Shown in pieces: positions 12,801-27,100 of a stretch of 64,000 bases of DNA. The DNA lies in the NCBI RefSeq assembly GCF_023055435.1, contig NW_025963779.1:84134001-84198000 (forward strand), given 5' to 3'. Every line of letters begins with the position of its first letter. The stretch's first letter is position 1. This stretch comes from Haliotis rufescens. Taxonomy: Eukaryota. The translations under genes and the position numbers were made by a program. The notes beneath the pieces were generated by a model, which saw only the letters and a program-made list of their open reading frames with translations, had not been told where the DNA came from and did no database searches.

Positions 12801-14613
12801 GTATATATCAGACTACCAGCTATTACAATGGTAGATGCCGGTTCTCCACATAATAATACTGCCACTCTGCATCTAAGTTACCTACTGCCTACATTCTAGC
12901 TCAGTTTATCAATAATCAATTAACCATCCATTTTTCTATCTTTACTTAGCTTTTATTGACAATTTCAAGTACTAGAAGATAACAAGTTCCTGAAATCCTG
13001 CAAATGGTATGGTCTTCAGAGAAAGCATTTTGAATGAGATTTATGAAGATGATAGTTGTTTTCCATGCAGCTTTTAACAGTACCTCTGTTTGATCATGTA
13101 GTGGTCAGTTTGACAAACGATGGCTGGTTTCAGGTCAGGAGGCAGCCTTGAGCCAGGTCAGTTTGATGTACTCGGAATATAAGTACCTAAATGATGACCC
13201 TCACTATGTTTAGACACAGACTCAAGGTTACACAGAACACAGCAACTGTGTGAGGGCATTATTGAAACTGGCCACCATCTTGTGCAGCCATCTTGTCTAA
13301 CGCAAGCCGAGTCAACAGGTGTATCTACAGGTGGATTCGGGGGGGGGGGGGGGGGTTCAGTCAGTTCATACCTGTTCTCTTGGGGATTACAAAAATACCC
13401 CTAAAAAGTATCTGATTTTTATTTTACTTCACATTTTTCAAAATTTAAGATCCGCCCTCCAAAGAAAGTGTAACAGAAGCAGCATTTCGGTTGAGTATGC
13501 ATGTTAACACCAAAACTGAAGGATTATCAAATTGTTAAAAGCCAATAGTTTCCAGTTACATCCGGAATACAAAAACATATAACAATAATATGCATTAGAA
13601 GTAGAACATTATTTTGGCATAATCATACACACATTATATGCCTTACTGATGGAGTGCTTGGACATAACGTCCGATGGAAATTGATGGAATCTGGAGTGAA
13701 GAAGATGGAGACGCTCAGCAGACAGCAAAAACTTGAATACACAACTTAAACATTTCAACAGCCACAAGGAATACAATCACCAACACTTACATGTCATATA
13801 AGATTGCTGCTGCCTTTAAGCATCTATATTTTCGAAAACACTTAGAGTGCAATTTATTCTCTAACATTAAGCAACCATAGCTTGCTTTCGTTTATTTTCA
13901 ACAAATTTAACATTATCACTGATTTCATGTGGTACATGAGAAAACATCATTGAAACATCATGTGGTTTGAAACCAGATCATACATAAAAATGATTATGAT
14001 CAACATTATGTTTTGGTAAAATTATATTATTTACAATTAAATACATCTCTCTGCTATTGACATATGTAAAGAGTATGATATGTACACTGTGTCATTATGC
14101 ACTGCTTGTGAATAAACCCTGGGTTTCGTCTGTGCACATTTCACAGTATCACTTGCAGACAGGTGATGAATGTATCCATCCATCACTGTCAACACTGCGT
14201 CTCAAAATGAACCAGCTGCTTCATACGTCATCGTCATATACTAAAATGTGGTTGGTCCTTGAACATATAAGTTTCCAGAGTTATCTCCCTTCAATTCTCT
14301 GCAGAACTATTAATGTGGTCATGAACAGGAAAAATACATTGATAACGTCTATCGTAAAATGTAGGTAAAAAATATTGATGAATGTTATTGAGTTTGTCAA
14401 TTTAATCCTCCTTAATCACCCATATATAGTCGTCTTTTGGAGTGGGAGCCAAAGGGAGACAACTACTCCTGCATATATATATATAATTCCAACATATGTC
14501 TTACATGAAGCACCAACTCCAAGAACCAATCATTATCAATTAACCAGTGCACAGTCAAATATATACATCAAGGCAAATGTCATCTAAAAATATTGTTCTT
14601 GTCATGAAGGATA
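9900..14613 (-). other. Probable long 3' UTR of the flippase gene (end uncertain)
   Basis: Repeat-poor, sense-strand U-rich stretch after the stop; several AATAAA on the minus strand (e.g. near 13852, 13891, 12952, 11779, 10283). Confidence 0.45.
12709..12806. mobile_element. Small TA-flanked MITE (AGTTAAGGACC TIR family; related ends near 20657-20685 and 59255-59311)
   Basis: Imperfect TIRs ...AAGTTAAGGAC / GTCCTTAAC...AGTATA. Confidence 0.55.
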
Positions 14614-15159
14614 TCACAACCTTTCCACGAAGATAATGTTATCAGATACTCCATTTCCAGAGGCTCCAGCAGCCTTATGACTGTCATGGCGAGTTATCTT
14701 TGTTAGCGTGACTGGTTCCTTTTTCCGCTCTATAGCCCGTTCTCGCATGTTTATACCACTGGTAATAAGATTGCCAAAGCCCTCTTGGTGAGCAAACGCA
14801 TAGCCTGACCGTAGTGACCTTGTGCTTCGACGCATTGTGGATTGTCTTCGCACATGAAGGTCACGTGATCGTGACTTAACCTTCTTGATTCGCTGTCGTA
14901 GCCGCACCCTATCAGCAAGGGATGGAGTAATGTTCGTCTGGTAGAACCGGTAGGCCACGACAGGCACTATGAGCACTGTACAAGTCAGAAGGAGGCTGAA
15001 CCAGAACTGGGCGGAGGAGAACACCTCGAAGGCCACACCCACATATGAGTAGTTGATGCCTTCGGAGTAGAAGGCGAGGATGAAGCAGAAATAGTAGATG
15101 ATGCTGCCCCATACCACGAAGTGGTTGAACCCGGTCCAGTACGAAGTGTCAAGTGCACA
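14614..15159 (-). CDS. ATP8B: ATP8B-like terminal coding exon (last TM helices and regulatory C-tail with GYAFAH)
   Basis: cag acceptor, 546 nt to TGA at 14614-14616. Confidence 0.93.
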   Translation of the reverse strand, partial: CALDTSYWTGFNHFVVWGSIIYYFCFILAFYSEGINYSYVGVAFEVFSSAQFWFSLLLTCTVLIVPVVAYRFYQTNITPSLADRVRLRQRIKKVKSRSRDLHVRRQSTMRRSTRSLRSGYAFAHQEGFGNLITSGINMRERAIERKKEPVTLTKITRHDSHKAAGASGNGVSDNIIFVERL

Positions 15160-18100
15160 CTGAAACACAGATGGAAAAAGTCAGAGTTGATATATCTAAA
15201 GGTGGGGGATTCAAGATGCACAATGAATTCTCACATATTTCCATATGGCATATTTCCAGTATATATGCCTACTATAACTTGTACACAAACGTGGTAGATT
15301 ATACACTTTGAACAATAAAGGATTCAGATCACAACCTGGCACATAAAAGGGAAGCAATTCTGCGTAAGATGTCTTAGAACAGCAGCTTCTGCAAGCCCCT
15401 TACCCCAGCACTGAGGCATAACTTACCAGCAAAATTGACAGGCTTGGATCCCAAGGCAACATTGGTTTGATTGGTTTGTTGTTTAACGCAGCACTCAGCA
15501 ATATTCCAGCTATATGACCGCGGTCTGTAAATAATCGAGTCTGGACCAGACAATCCAGTGATTAATATCATGATCATCGATCCACGCAATTGGGATCGAT
15601 GACATGCATCAACCAAGTCAGCGAGCCTGACCACCCGATCCTGTTAGTCGCCTTTTACGACAAGCATAGTCACCTTTTACGGCAAGCATGGGTTGCTGAA
15701 GACCTATTCTACCCCAGCATCTTCAAGGGTCCCCAAGGCAACAACATGAGTGAGTGAGTTAGTGTTTTGGGTTTAATTCTGCCAATATATTTTTCCAGTT
15801 AAACTTGCCAGCTTAATGTGGGAGGAAAGCCCAAAGTGATGCAGGTCTCAAGACTTTAATCACTTTGGTGAAACCCAAAGGCACGGCAAAGGTGCTTAAA
15901 AACCTAGAAACAATCGGGGCAAACCTGGACTCAATTAGGCCCAAGGGATGCAACTATGCACATCAAATTGCAGCATTGTAGATGACTTGACCCCCTTGCC
16001 TTCACATATTAAGTAACTACAGTGTGTTTCACAAGTTCCTACCCTGACATTGACAGCAACGACGAGGATGGAGGACACGACACAGCCGAAGGACTGCTGG
16101 TCCACTTCTGACTTGCCATCTGGACCGATGGCGTAGTTGAAGGCACCATATGGTATAAAGAACAACACAAGGGAGGTAATGATGCCTTCCAGGGTACTGT
16201 ACATAAATGTCTTCTTGTTGAAGAGTGCGTCTTTCAGCCCCGGGGCGTACAGCTTCGGGTAGCGGATGGAGTAGTCGTCATTCACATCCTGGAGGACACA
16301 ATACACATCGAATCAAGCAGTAGCATCAACCGAAGTGGTTGCTTGTCCAACAGACTCATCTACATGAACACTGAGGATGCCAAGCTGAATTTGAGTCTCA
16401 ATACAAACATTTGAGTGAGTGAGTGAATGAGTTTGGTTTAACGCCGCTTTTAACAGTATTCCAGTTATATCGCTGCGTGTCAGCTTAATGTGGGAGGAAA
16501 GCCTGAAGTGATGCAGGACTCAGATGATTACCACTTCGCTGAAACCCACGAGCACGGGTATGTTGCTGACAAACCTAGAAACATAATCGGGGCGAACCGG
16601 GATTCGAACCCACAATCATAGGTATCTGTGTGCCCAAGGGATGCACCTCTGCACAGCGAATCACAGCGCCTTAGACAACTTGGCCACCCGTGCCCGCAGA
16701 AACATTGGACTTACATGGGATAGTTATATCCTTTTTCATACTCAAAATTTGATCGGAAAATATTTTAGACACCATTGCTGGAATCATCCATGAAAAACAT
16801 CAGCTCAATAAGTCTTTTTTAGAGGAGATATTGAAAATGTATCAGTTTACAGAAGTAATGATGGACAGACAGATGAAGGAGAAAGTGCCAACACATAAGT
16901 ACATGAACTTGCGAATCTGGTCAGTTTTGAAATAATCAAAATTTCAAAAAATATTTTTTTGAAAAGTTTACATAAACTTTCAGGATCAGTACAACATCAG
17001 GTGAGATGAGTGAGTAAGAGAGTGACTGAGTTTGGTTTTATGTTGCTTTTTGCAATGTTCAAGCAATATCATGGCGGGGAAACCAGAAATGGGCTTCACA
17101 CATTGTACCCATGTCGGGAATTGAACCCAGGTCTCCTGTATGACGAGCGAATGCTATAACCACTAGGCTACTTAACTGCCCCTCAGGTGAGATGAAGCCA
17201 CTGGATTTCTGAACATTAAATGAACAAGGTTATATTGTGCTTGACTTACCTGGTCGAAGATACCGAGGACCAGGATGGGGAGCGATGTGTAGAACAAGTT
17301 GTACAAGGAAATGAAGTAGGGGTCGTACAACGTCTGAAATTGAAGATGTGCAGAAACAATGTCAGTTGTCAACTACCAATCTCCAGTATAAGGACTTTAT
17401 CAAATCAAGAATGAGCCATTGCATATGAGACAAAACTTTAAGCACAGCATGAATTTACATTTACTGAAACTGAAAAAAAAACCTGAAAAAATGTCAAAAG
17501 TACTCACCTGAGCGGAGAAGCCACAAAAGAAGGCATACCAGAAATGGCACAATGTGAATGCAAAGTTTTTGTAAAAGAAATATCGCAGAAATTTGCACAT
17601 TCTGAGGTAGGACCAACGGCCATGGACGAGCAGCAACCTTTCCAAGTAGCGGAACTGAGCCATGGAGAAATCACTGGCCAACACGGCCTGCATGCCCTCT
17701 TGACCACTGATGCCGACACCGATGTGTGCCACTGCGGACAGATGGAACATACACTGAGAAACTGTACAAGGAGCTGAAGACCTAAACTGTAGACAGAGGG
17801 TGCGGAACACACATAGCAGTCGGTCATAAACTGTACACAGGAAAAGGAATGTGAGGATGGGAGAGTTTGAGTGAGTGAGTGGACCAACCTAAAGCAACAC
17901 CATCAATTGCCTTCAAAGGTGGGAACCAAAGCATAGTTTCAGGGACAGATCACCCACTATACTACTTCGCAATGTGGTAAGGTTTAAGAAGGTGGCTCAC
18001 TGACTTGGTGTATTCATTTAGATTATGGCTGATACAGCCACTTCACTGTGTGTCGGGCAACAAACGTTCTTAGAGAAAACAACAAGGCAGACTGAAAGTT

Positions 18101-21100
18101 TAAAATTGGCTGAATTGTGAATATACTTGAACACTACATGTATTTCCAGTTTAATGCAAATCTGCTTCAGTTACGATGTGAAACATACTTTTGATCATGC
18201 TGACATCATTAGCCCCATCTCCTATTGCAAGCGTCACTGATTTCTTGTGTTTCTTGACCAGGTCGACCACGAGGGCCTTCTGGAGCGGCGTGACCCTGCA
18301 GCAGATGACGGCCTTGCAGCTTGACCCCAGGTCCAGCAGCAACCTCTCCAGCTCCGGCTTTAGGGCATACGCCTGTCAGACACAAACATCACATAATGTA
18401 CAACACTCGCGGTAATACACACACCGGCTTCAGGGCATATGCCTGTCAGACACAAACATCACATGACGTACATCACTGGCGGTAATATACAGTCCGGCTT
18501 CAGGGCATACGCCTGTCAGACACAAACATCACATGACTTACATCACTGGCGGTAATACAAACTCTGGCTTCAGGGCATACGCCTGTCAGACACAAATATC
18601 ACATGACGTACATCACTGGCAGTAATACACACTCAGGCTTCAGGGCATACGCCTGTCAGACACAAACATCACATGACGTACATCACTGGCGGTAATACAC
18701 ACCCCGGCTTCAGGGCATATGCCTGTCAGACACAAACATCACATGACGTACATCACTGGCGGTAATACACACTCCGGCTTCAGGGCATACGCCTGTCAGA
18801 CACAAACATCACATGACGTACATCACTGGTGGTAATATACAGTCCGGCTTCAGGGCATACGCCTGTCAGACACAAACATCACATGACGTACATCACTGGC
18901 GGTAATACAAACTCCGGCTTCAGGGCATACGCCTGTCAGACAAAAACATCACATGACGTACATCACTGGCAGTAATACACACTCAGGCTTCAGGGCATAC
19001 GCCTGTCAGACACAAACATCACATGACGTACATCACTGGCGGTAATACACACACTGGCTTCAGGGCATACGCCTGTCAGACACAAACATCACATGACGTA
19101 CATCACTGGCGGTAATACACACACTGGCTTCAGGGCATACGCCTGTCAGACACAAACATCACATGACGTACATCACCGGCGGTAATACACACACCGGCTT
19201 CAGTGCATACGCCTGTCAGACACAAACATCACATAACGTACATCACTGGCGGTAATACACACACCGGCTTCAGGGCATACGCCTGTCAGACACAAACATC
19301 ACATGACGTACATCACTGGTGGTAATATACAGTCCGGCTTCAGGGCATACGCCTGTCAGACACAAACATCACATGACGTACATCACTGGTGGTAATATAC
19401 AGTCCGGCTTCAGGGCATACGCCTGTCAGACACAAACATCACATGACGTACATCACTGGCGGTAATACAAACTCCGGCTTCAGGGCATACGCCTGTCAGA
19501 CAAAAACATCACATGACGTACATCACTGGCAGTAATACACACTCAGGCTTCAGGGCATACGCCTGTCAGACACAAACATCACATGACGTACATCACTGGC
19601 GGTAATACACACACTGGCTTCAGGGCATACGCCTGTCAGACACAAACATCACATGACGTACATCACTGGCGGTAATACACACACCGGCTTCAGGGCATAC
19701 GCCTGTCAGACACAAACATCACATAACGTACATCACTGGCGGTAATACACACACTGGCTTCAGGGCATACGCCTGTCAGACACAAACATCACATGACGTA
19801 CATCACTGGTGGTAATATACAGTCCGGCTTCAGGGCATACGCCTGTCAGACACAAACATCACATGACGTACATCACTGGCGGTAATACACACTCCGGCTT
19901 CAGGGCATACGCCTGTCAGACACAAACATCACATGACGTACATCACTGGCGGTAATACACACTGCAGGGCAGGGCAGATACAAGAAGTGAAACAAAAGGT
20001 GCCCGGACAATGTGTTTTGTAAGTAGTGAGTGAGTGAATGTTGTTTTACGCCGTAGTCAGACATAATCAAAGCACTACTATTACCCCTGTCACTGGATCA
20101 GTGTGCACTCAGCAATCATTCTCAGCTCCCAGGGGAGTATACAACCAAAGCTGCCTGTAAGGTGCAAGAAGGTTAACAACCACATTGTCATCTTCTCCTA
20201 CCGGGTACCCATTCACTGCTTGATGAACAGAGGCACATTTGAACAAAGTCACTTGCCGAAGGAGACACAAACTGTGTTACATGTGCTTCAATGTGGAGCA
20301 GGACTGAAGCCCAAGAAACTCTCAGGAGCCAAGCTGCAGAACACGGTCACCCGTCCAAGGACTCTCCGTGACCGACGTTGCTTAACCTGATTTGTGACCT
20401 GTGCCTTATCACAGTGAATTGTGAATCAGTGGAAGAGCCAAACCAGTGGTTGACAGCATGAACAAGGATCCAAGGAATGATGATCAACTATTTACCTGGG
20501 CCCACTTGCACAAAACGATCTTTGCGCTAAGACTATTGTAAGCCTATGTTAAAGTATGGGAGTTAAGATCATCTTAGCGCTAAGATCGCTTTGTGCATGT
20601 GGGCCCAGGTCATACATTGTGACCACTTCCTCATGTTCCACTATCGTAATATGATAGTGGTCCTTAACTTCTTTTGAGTAGAATACATAGGATACATAGT
20701 GTGTTGTCATCTTCCACAACACCCTTTTTAGATATCTAATTCATATTCTGGACTATAAAATAGCTAGTAATACACCAAGTCTAACAGCACAAATCCTCTC
20801 CTTACCAGACTGTGACCATTTATGACCACTGCAAATTCCCCATATTCATCCGAGATGGCAACATTTCCATTGGCTCCGTTATAGTGGGCTCCCTGGCCGT
20901 TGGCGATGATGACTCCGTCGTTTGGCTTGCCGGTCTTCATCTTGTCAATGTCTTCCAGGGCCTTCCGCAGCTGGGCTTCCACCTCCTCGAAGGAGTCGGC
21001 ATCAATGATGAATGGCTCCTCCATCTCCTCCGTCAACAGGCGGCAAGAGTAACCAATATTGATGGCCGTCTCTGAAACACGGCGCACACTTCTGCTGAAG

Positions 21101-24100
21101 ATTTTAGCACAGAACAATTCTTACACTGAATTATACTAATTAAGTAGAGAAGTCAATTGTCCTCTATGTGACCTTGTAAAGTAAGAGGACATACCCTGTT
21201 TGTCTCCAGTGAGGACCCAGATCTTGATGCCAGCCAAGGCCAGGTTGGCAATGGTCTCTGGCACACCGTCCTGTAGTTTATCCTCAATGGCCGAGGCACC
21301 AATGAGACACAGGTTCTGCTCAATCTCCTCGAATACATCATCCATCTTGTCATCTCTGTTGTCCAAGGTTGTACTGAAGAACAAAGAGGAAGGTGTTCTC
21401 CAGTCGGGCTAGATCTCATAAATAGGGATGTTGTAATGTCCCCAGGATTTTATATGATATCCCCGGGATTTATATGATATCCCTGGGATTTTATATGATA
21501 TCCCCAGGATTTTATAGGATATCCCAGGGATTTTATAGGATATTCAAGTCATATTTGCTATATAATATGTTATAATAACCCTGGGATTTTATTAATACAA
21601 CTTTTTACAGTTTAGATTGTAACATATGAATGTTTCTCACAAAAAAAACTATTTTGCATTTGAACACAATGTAATGAAATGTAAAATCAAATGAAAAATG
21701 TTTTCTTCATAATCCCGAGCCTCGAACACGCAACCTTCGTGGTACACTCACTGGACTAGAGACGCGCTGATGAATCAGAATGCTTTTAAGAATGTCTTTT
21801 TCATACGCCAGCAACAGACATTTATGCCTGTTTCCTAAGATTCATGGAAAGTATGTTTGAAAAAAAAAAATGTTGATAAATGCTGTTTAAAGTTTCTTTT
21901 CTCGGTTTAAAAGTTAGTTACACTTTCCCTGTTTTTTTTTTTTATGAGATTTAAAACCCTCATCCTCTGGATAATACCTCAGGGTTGACACTTTTTATCA
22001 CTTGGATTCGGGTTTAAATCTCACAAAAACCATCTGACGTATTTTATCCTACACACAACTGAAATGTTTTTGGTTTTCAGACGGCAGACTGATGAAAGAA
22101 ATTCTCTGTGTGGGAGACCAAGAAATGGGATACAAATTGTACCCAAGTGATGGATTATCCAGGTAGATAGATCGTAACATTGCTACTGCAAATATCGTAT
22201 TGAAAACATCAAAAGTGGTGTGTAAATAAGGTTTAAGTGTGCTTTTGTCCTGTCTATCAATTTCAAAGGCTGAAATGAACATACAGCAGTGGGTGAGCCT
22301 TATATGCAGAGGCTCCACATATGGTCTTGTTTGAGGAAAATACCTCCATAATTACATGCTTGATCACACAAGCTACCTCCCAAATTACNNNNNNNNNNNN
22401 NNNNNNNNNNNNNNNNNNNNNNNNNNNNNNNNNNNNNNNNNNNNNNNNNNNNNNNNNNNNNNNNNNNNNNNNNNNNNNNNNNNNNNNNNNNNNNNNNNNN
22501 NNNNNNNNNNNNNNNNNNNNNNNNNNNNNNNNNNNNNNNNNNNNNNNNNNNNNNNNNNNNNNNNNNNNNNNNNNNNNNNNNNNNNNNNNNNNNNNNNNNN
22601 NNNNNNNNNNNNNNNNNNNNNNNNNNNNNNNNNNNNNNNNNNNNNNNNNNNNNNNNNNNNNNNNNNNNNNNNNNNNNNNNNNNNNNNNNNNNNNNNNNNN
22701 NNNNNNNNNNNNNNNNNNNNNNNNNNNNNNNNNNNNNNNNNNNNNNNNNNNNNNNNNNNNNNNNNCTGCCTCACCTGGCTTCATGATATTTCTTCCTCCA
22801 TTCCACATAAAAGTTTTCGTCGATGACCTTGGATGCACAGCACAGCGTCCTCAGACCTATCTGAGCAAACTCCTGCAACAGAAGGGCAGAATGTCACTAA
22901 TAACTTGGGACTGTTTAAAGCATCAAATGTAGGAAGTGAAGTGAATGTTTTTCACAACCCCAGTCATCAATCCTTCAGCTATAACACAGCAGCATTAAAA
23001 TAATAAGACTTTGGAACAGCCAACGACTGCATGTATTAGAACTTTGGTACAACAATGTCACAGAGTCACATATGCTAAACACCCATTGTCCATGCCAGCT
23101 GTGCTTAACAACAAATATGTGATGGGTACCAGAAAACATGTGACGAAGTACAAGAAGACACACGTGACGAGGTACCAGTACACACACCTGACGAGGAACA
23201 AGAACAAACATGTGACGAGATACCACAACACACACGTGATGAGGTACAAGAACACACGTGACGAGGTACCAAAACACACACGTGATGAGGTACCAGAACA
23301 CATAGATGTGACGAGGTACCACAACACACGTGACGAGGTACCACAACACACGTGACGAGGTACCAGAAGACATGTGACGAGGTACCAGAACACACATAAG
23401 ACAAGGTATGACAACTCACACGTGACGAGGTACCACAACACACACGTGATGAGGTACCAGAAGACATGTGACGAGGTACCACAACACACATGTGACGAGG
23501 TACCACAACACACGTGACGAGGAACCACAACACACATGTGACGAGGTACCACAACACACAAGTGACGAGGTACCACAACACACGTGAAGAGGTACCAGAA
23601 GACATGTGACGAGGTACCAGAACACACATGTGACGAGGTACCACAACACACACGTGACGAGGTACCACAACACATACGTGACGAGGTACCATGAGACATG
23701 TGACGAGGTACCAGAACACACATGTGACAAGGTATCACAACACACACGTGACGAGGTACCACAACACACACATGACGAGGTACCACAACACACAAGGCGA
23801 GGTACCAGAACACACATGTGACGAGGTACCAGAAGACATGTGACGAGGTACCAGAACACACACGTACATACACGACGAGGTACCAGAAGACACTCGTGAC
23901 GAGGTACCAGAACACACACGTGACGAGGTACCAGGAGACACTCGTGACGAGGTACCAGAACACACACGTACACACATGACGAGGTACCAGAACACACACA
24001 TGACAAGGTACCAGAACACACACGTACACACACAACGAGGTACCAGAACACACACGTGACGAGGTACCATAAGACACACGACGAGGTACCAGAACACACA

Positions 24101-27100
24101 CGTGACGAGGTACCAGGAAACACTCGTGACGAGGTACCAGAACACACACGTACACACACGAGGAGGTACCACAACACACACATGACAAGGTACCAGAACA
24201 CACACGTACACACACGACGAGGTACCAGAACACACACGTGACGAGGTACCACAACACACACGACGAGGTACCAGAACACACACGTGACGAGGTACCAGAA
24301 GACATGTGACAAGGTACCAGGAGACACTCATGACGAGGTACCAGAACACACACGTGACGAGGTACCACAACACACACATGACAAGGTACCAGAACACACA
24401 CGTACACACACGACGAGGTACCAGAACACACACGTGACGAGGTACCACAACACACACGACGAGGTACCAGAACACACACGTGACGAGGTACCAGAAGACA
24501 TGTGACAAGGTACCAGGAGACACTCATGACGAGGTACCAGAACACACACGTGACGAGGTACCACAACACACACATGACAAGGTACCAGAACACACATGTG
24601 AACAAAATTCTTTAGTCAAAGGTGTGGTCTTTAGCAAATGTCGAGTGGTATATTAGACATCAATAGAAATGTGCAATATGGAAGGCAAGGGAACTCACAT
24701 TAAGGTGGTGTGAAGTAATTTCCTTCAGTTCAGCACAGGATCTGTCCAAACGCTCGAATATGACTGAGTCAGCCCCCTTACAGTACAGCGTGATGACACC
24801 GTCCTTCTTCACGATCACCTGGAGAACAGACAAACTCACAACCATCACATGGACAAGCAGCTGTTATATCTCACTCACAAATGACTTTTCAAAATGACAG
24901 CCATTTGTAGGAACCAATATTTCATTATTTTGTTAGCTCAAACATCTTTGTCCCCATGACAGAGTTGTGTATCTGGTATAGTGTTGTTCTTACCGACATC
25001 CTCTTACGGAAGTTGTTGAAGTCCAGAATGCACAGCAGATCGTACACTTCCTGTTTGCCCTGGACTTCTATTGTGATGGTGTTTGGTGTCCGAGACTACA
25101 AGCATAGAGACAGGGGTCATGTAAACCTCAGGATATCTGTTGTATGCTACATGCATTATGCAAAGTTAGAGAAGCTCCCAAAGACGAGACCCAGCCTTCC
25201 CAAATATAAGCTTAGAATTTGTATATTTAGGTTTACAATATTTTTTGATGAAAACTACAAAATCTAGCATTTGGTAACTTTCAAACCAATTTCTTAAAGT
25301 TTTGCTCAATTCTTAAATTATGCATAAATTTTTGCCCTCCCCCCCCCCCCCCCCCCCCCCCCCCCACCCACCCACCCACCCACCCACCCAAAGGGCCCTC
25401 TTATCTTACCGTGTCCTTTAACCTGTAGTATGCACAATATTTTAGTGGTGAACACGTTTGCAGTATAAAGAAACAAATGCTTTTCAGGTTCGTTTATTTT
25501 CACATGAATTTTAGGGGTTGTTCAAAATTGAGGACCAAAGTTAAAAGAGTTATCACCGAATGTGTCAATGTGACTTTGACAATGCCAACTTATCTCCCTG
25601 CTACTCATCCCCTAGTTGGCTACAGCTGTATTTACCTGACCCCCTGCTACACATCCCCTAGTTGGCTACAGCTGTATTTACCTGACCCCCTGCTACACAT
25701 CCCCTAGTTGGCTACAGCTGTATTTACCTGACCCCCTGCTACACATCCCCTAGTTGGCTACAGCTGTATTTACCTGACCGCCCTGCTACACATCCCCCAG
25801 TTGGCTACAGCTGTACTTACCTTGAAGACATAACCAAAATTCCGTGCAGCTGACACCAGAGCACCTTCATCAGGGGACTGAGCCTGGTACTCCAGGTTAC
25901 CTGCAACAATGCATGTTGAATGTACATGGAACAAGCACTGGTAAACAGGCAGATATCAGGCATTAGTTGGACATGTTGAAGGGTTCCAGGGCAACATACC
26001 TCGCAGTAGTGGAGGGATCCCTTAGAACATACAACATGCCACAGTCGGCAATGTTTAGGCTGTATTAAAGTGGCCTGAGTGTAATAGTCTACTGAGGACA
26101 GCGCAATGGTAAATAACACATGCAATGATCATGCAATCGAAGTACCACAACACGTGCAGCCATGTCACTTAGTCTGTCTCCAAGACCCTAGAAAATATAT
26201 TAAGAAACAAACCCAACTAAGTCCAGAACGATTTGGTAAGTCTGGATTGCCTCAGCCCTGAAATTAAGCAATGTTTTGGGTTCCATTTGGCTGTAGATAT
26301 CTGTAGATACATATTCTTAAATAAAATAAGTACCATATCACTCAAGTCTTCAAAGGGCATTTAGAAGAGATATACATAAGAGAGAGAATCTATTAATGTC
26401 AACTTCTTTATTCTGAGGAACACAAGGTTTCAGAGTATATATTTACTCTTTCTTCAGGTGAATGGATGAAGTCCATTGTCCAGCTGACATCCACAAAATC
26501 TCACTCGTACCATATCACTGACCAGCTGACCGCCATGTCACGCGGCCCGAACAACAACATACTATTTCTGGATCCCCTCTCGTGACGCTGCCTCAAGGTG
26601 AAGGCTACAAAATGTGGTGCTGCACCTACCACTCTCCTTGGTCTCCGGCATGACTGTATGACACAGACTCAGCAGTCTGAAGAACTCCTCCACCTGGTGG
26701 TTGCCTCCCTTGGTGTGCTCCAGCAGACGCGAGTCGTAAAAATCAAATGACTTCTCTGCATATTCATTCCCACTGAAATCTACTTTGGGAGTTCTCTGGA
26801 ATAGTGGAACAGATTCAGTGTGACTACTTCAACATCATTGAAAACATTTCAACAATCAAAAGGTATAAGACATTTTCATCTGGTTCCTAAAAGTCAGTGA
26901 GTCAAGATTTATCCACTTTGAGCAAATTTCTAGCCACATCACAGTGGGGTCAGCAGAAACCATCTCCCCATATATTACCCATGTGGGAACAGAACCCAGG
27001 GCTTCAGCATCAGCAGCAACACTTGGACCACTGGACTACTCCACAACCAAGTTAAACCATCATCCTACTGGAACATTTTGAATGCCAACACTATGACCAG

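Noticed and set aside
13327-13460. Possible small hAT-like MITE (CAGG..GGATTC ... GATCCGCCCT around a G run)
   Set aside because: TIR match is short and imperfect, there is no clear TSD, and only one copy is in the window.
22263-22932. ORFs spanning the N run
   Set aside because: Artefacts of translating Ns. The flanking exons join in phase, so no coding exon needs to be in the gap.
23011-24605. Long Cys/Val-rich ORFs (up to 515 aa)
   Set aside because: By-products of a stop-poor intronic minisatellite.
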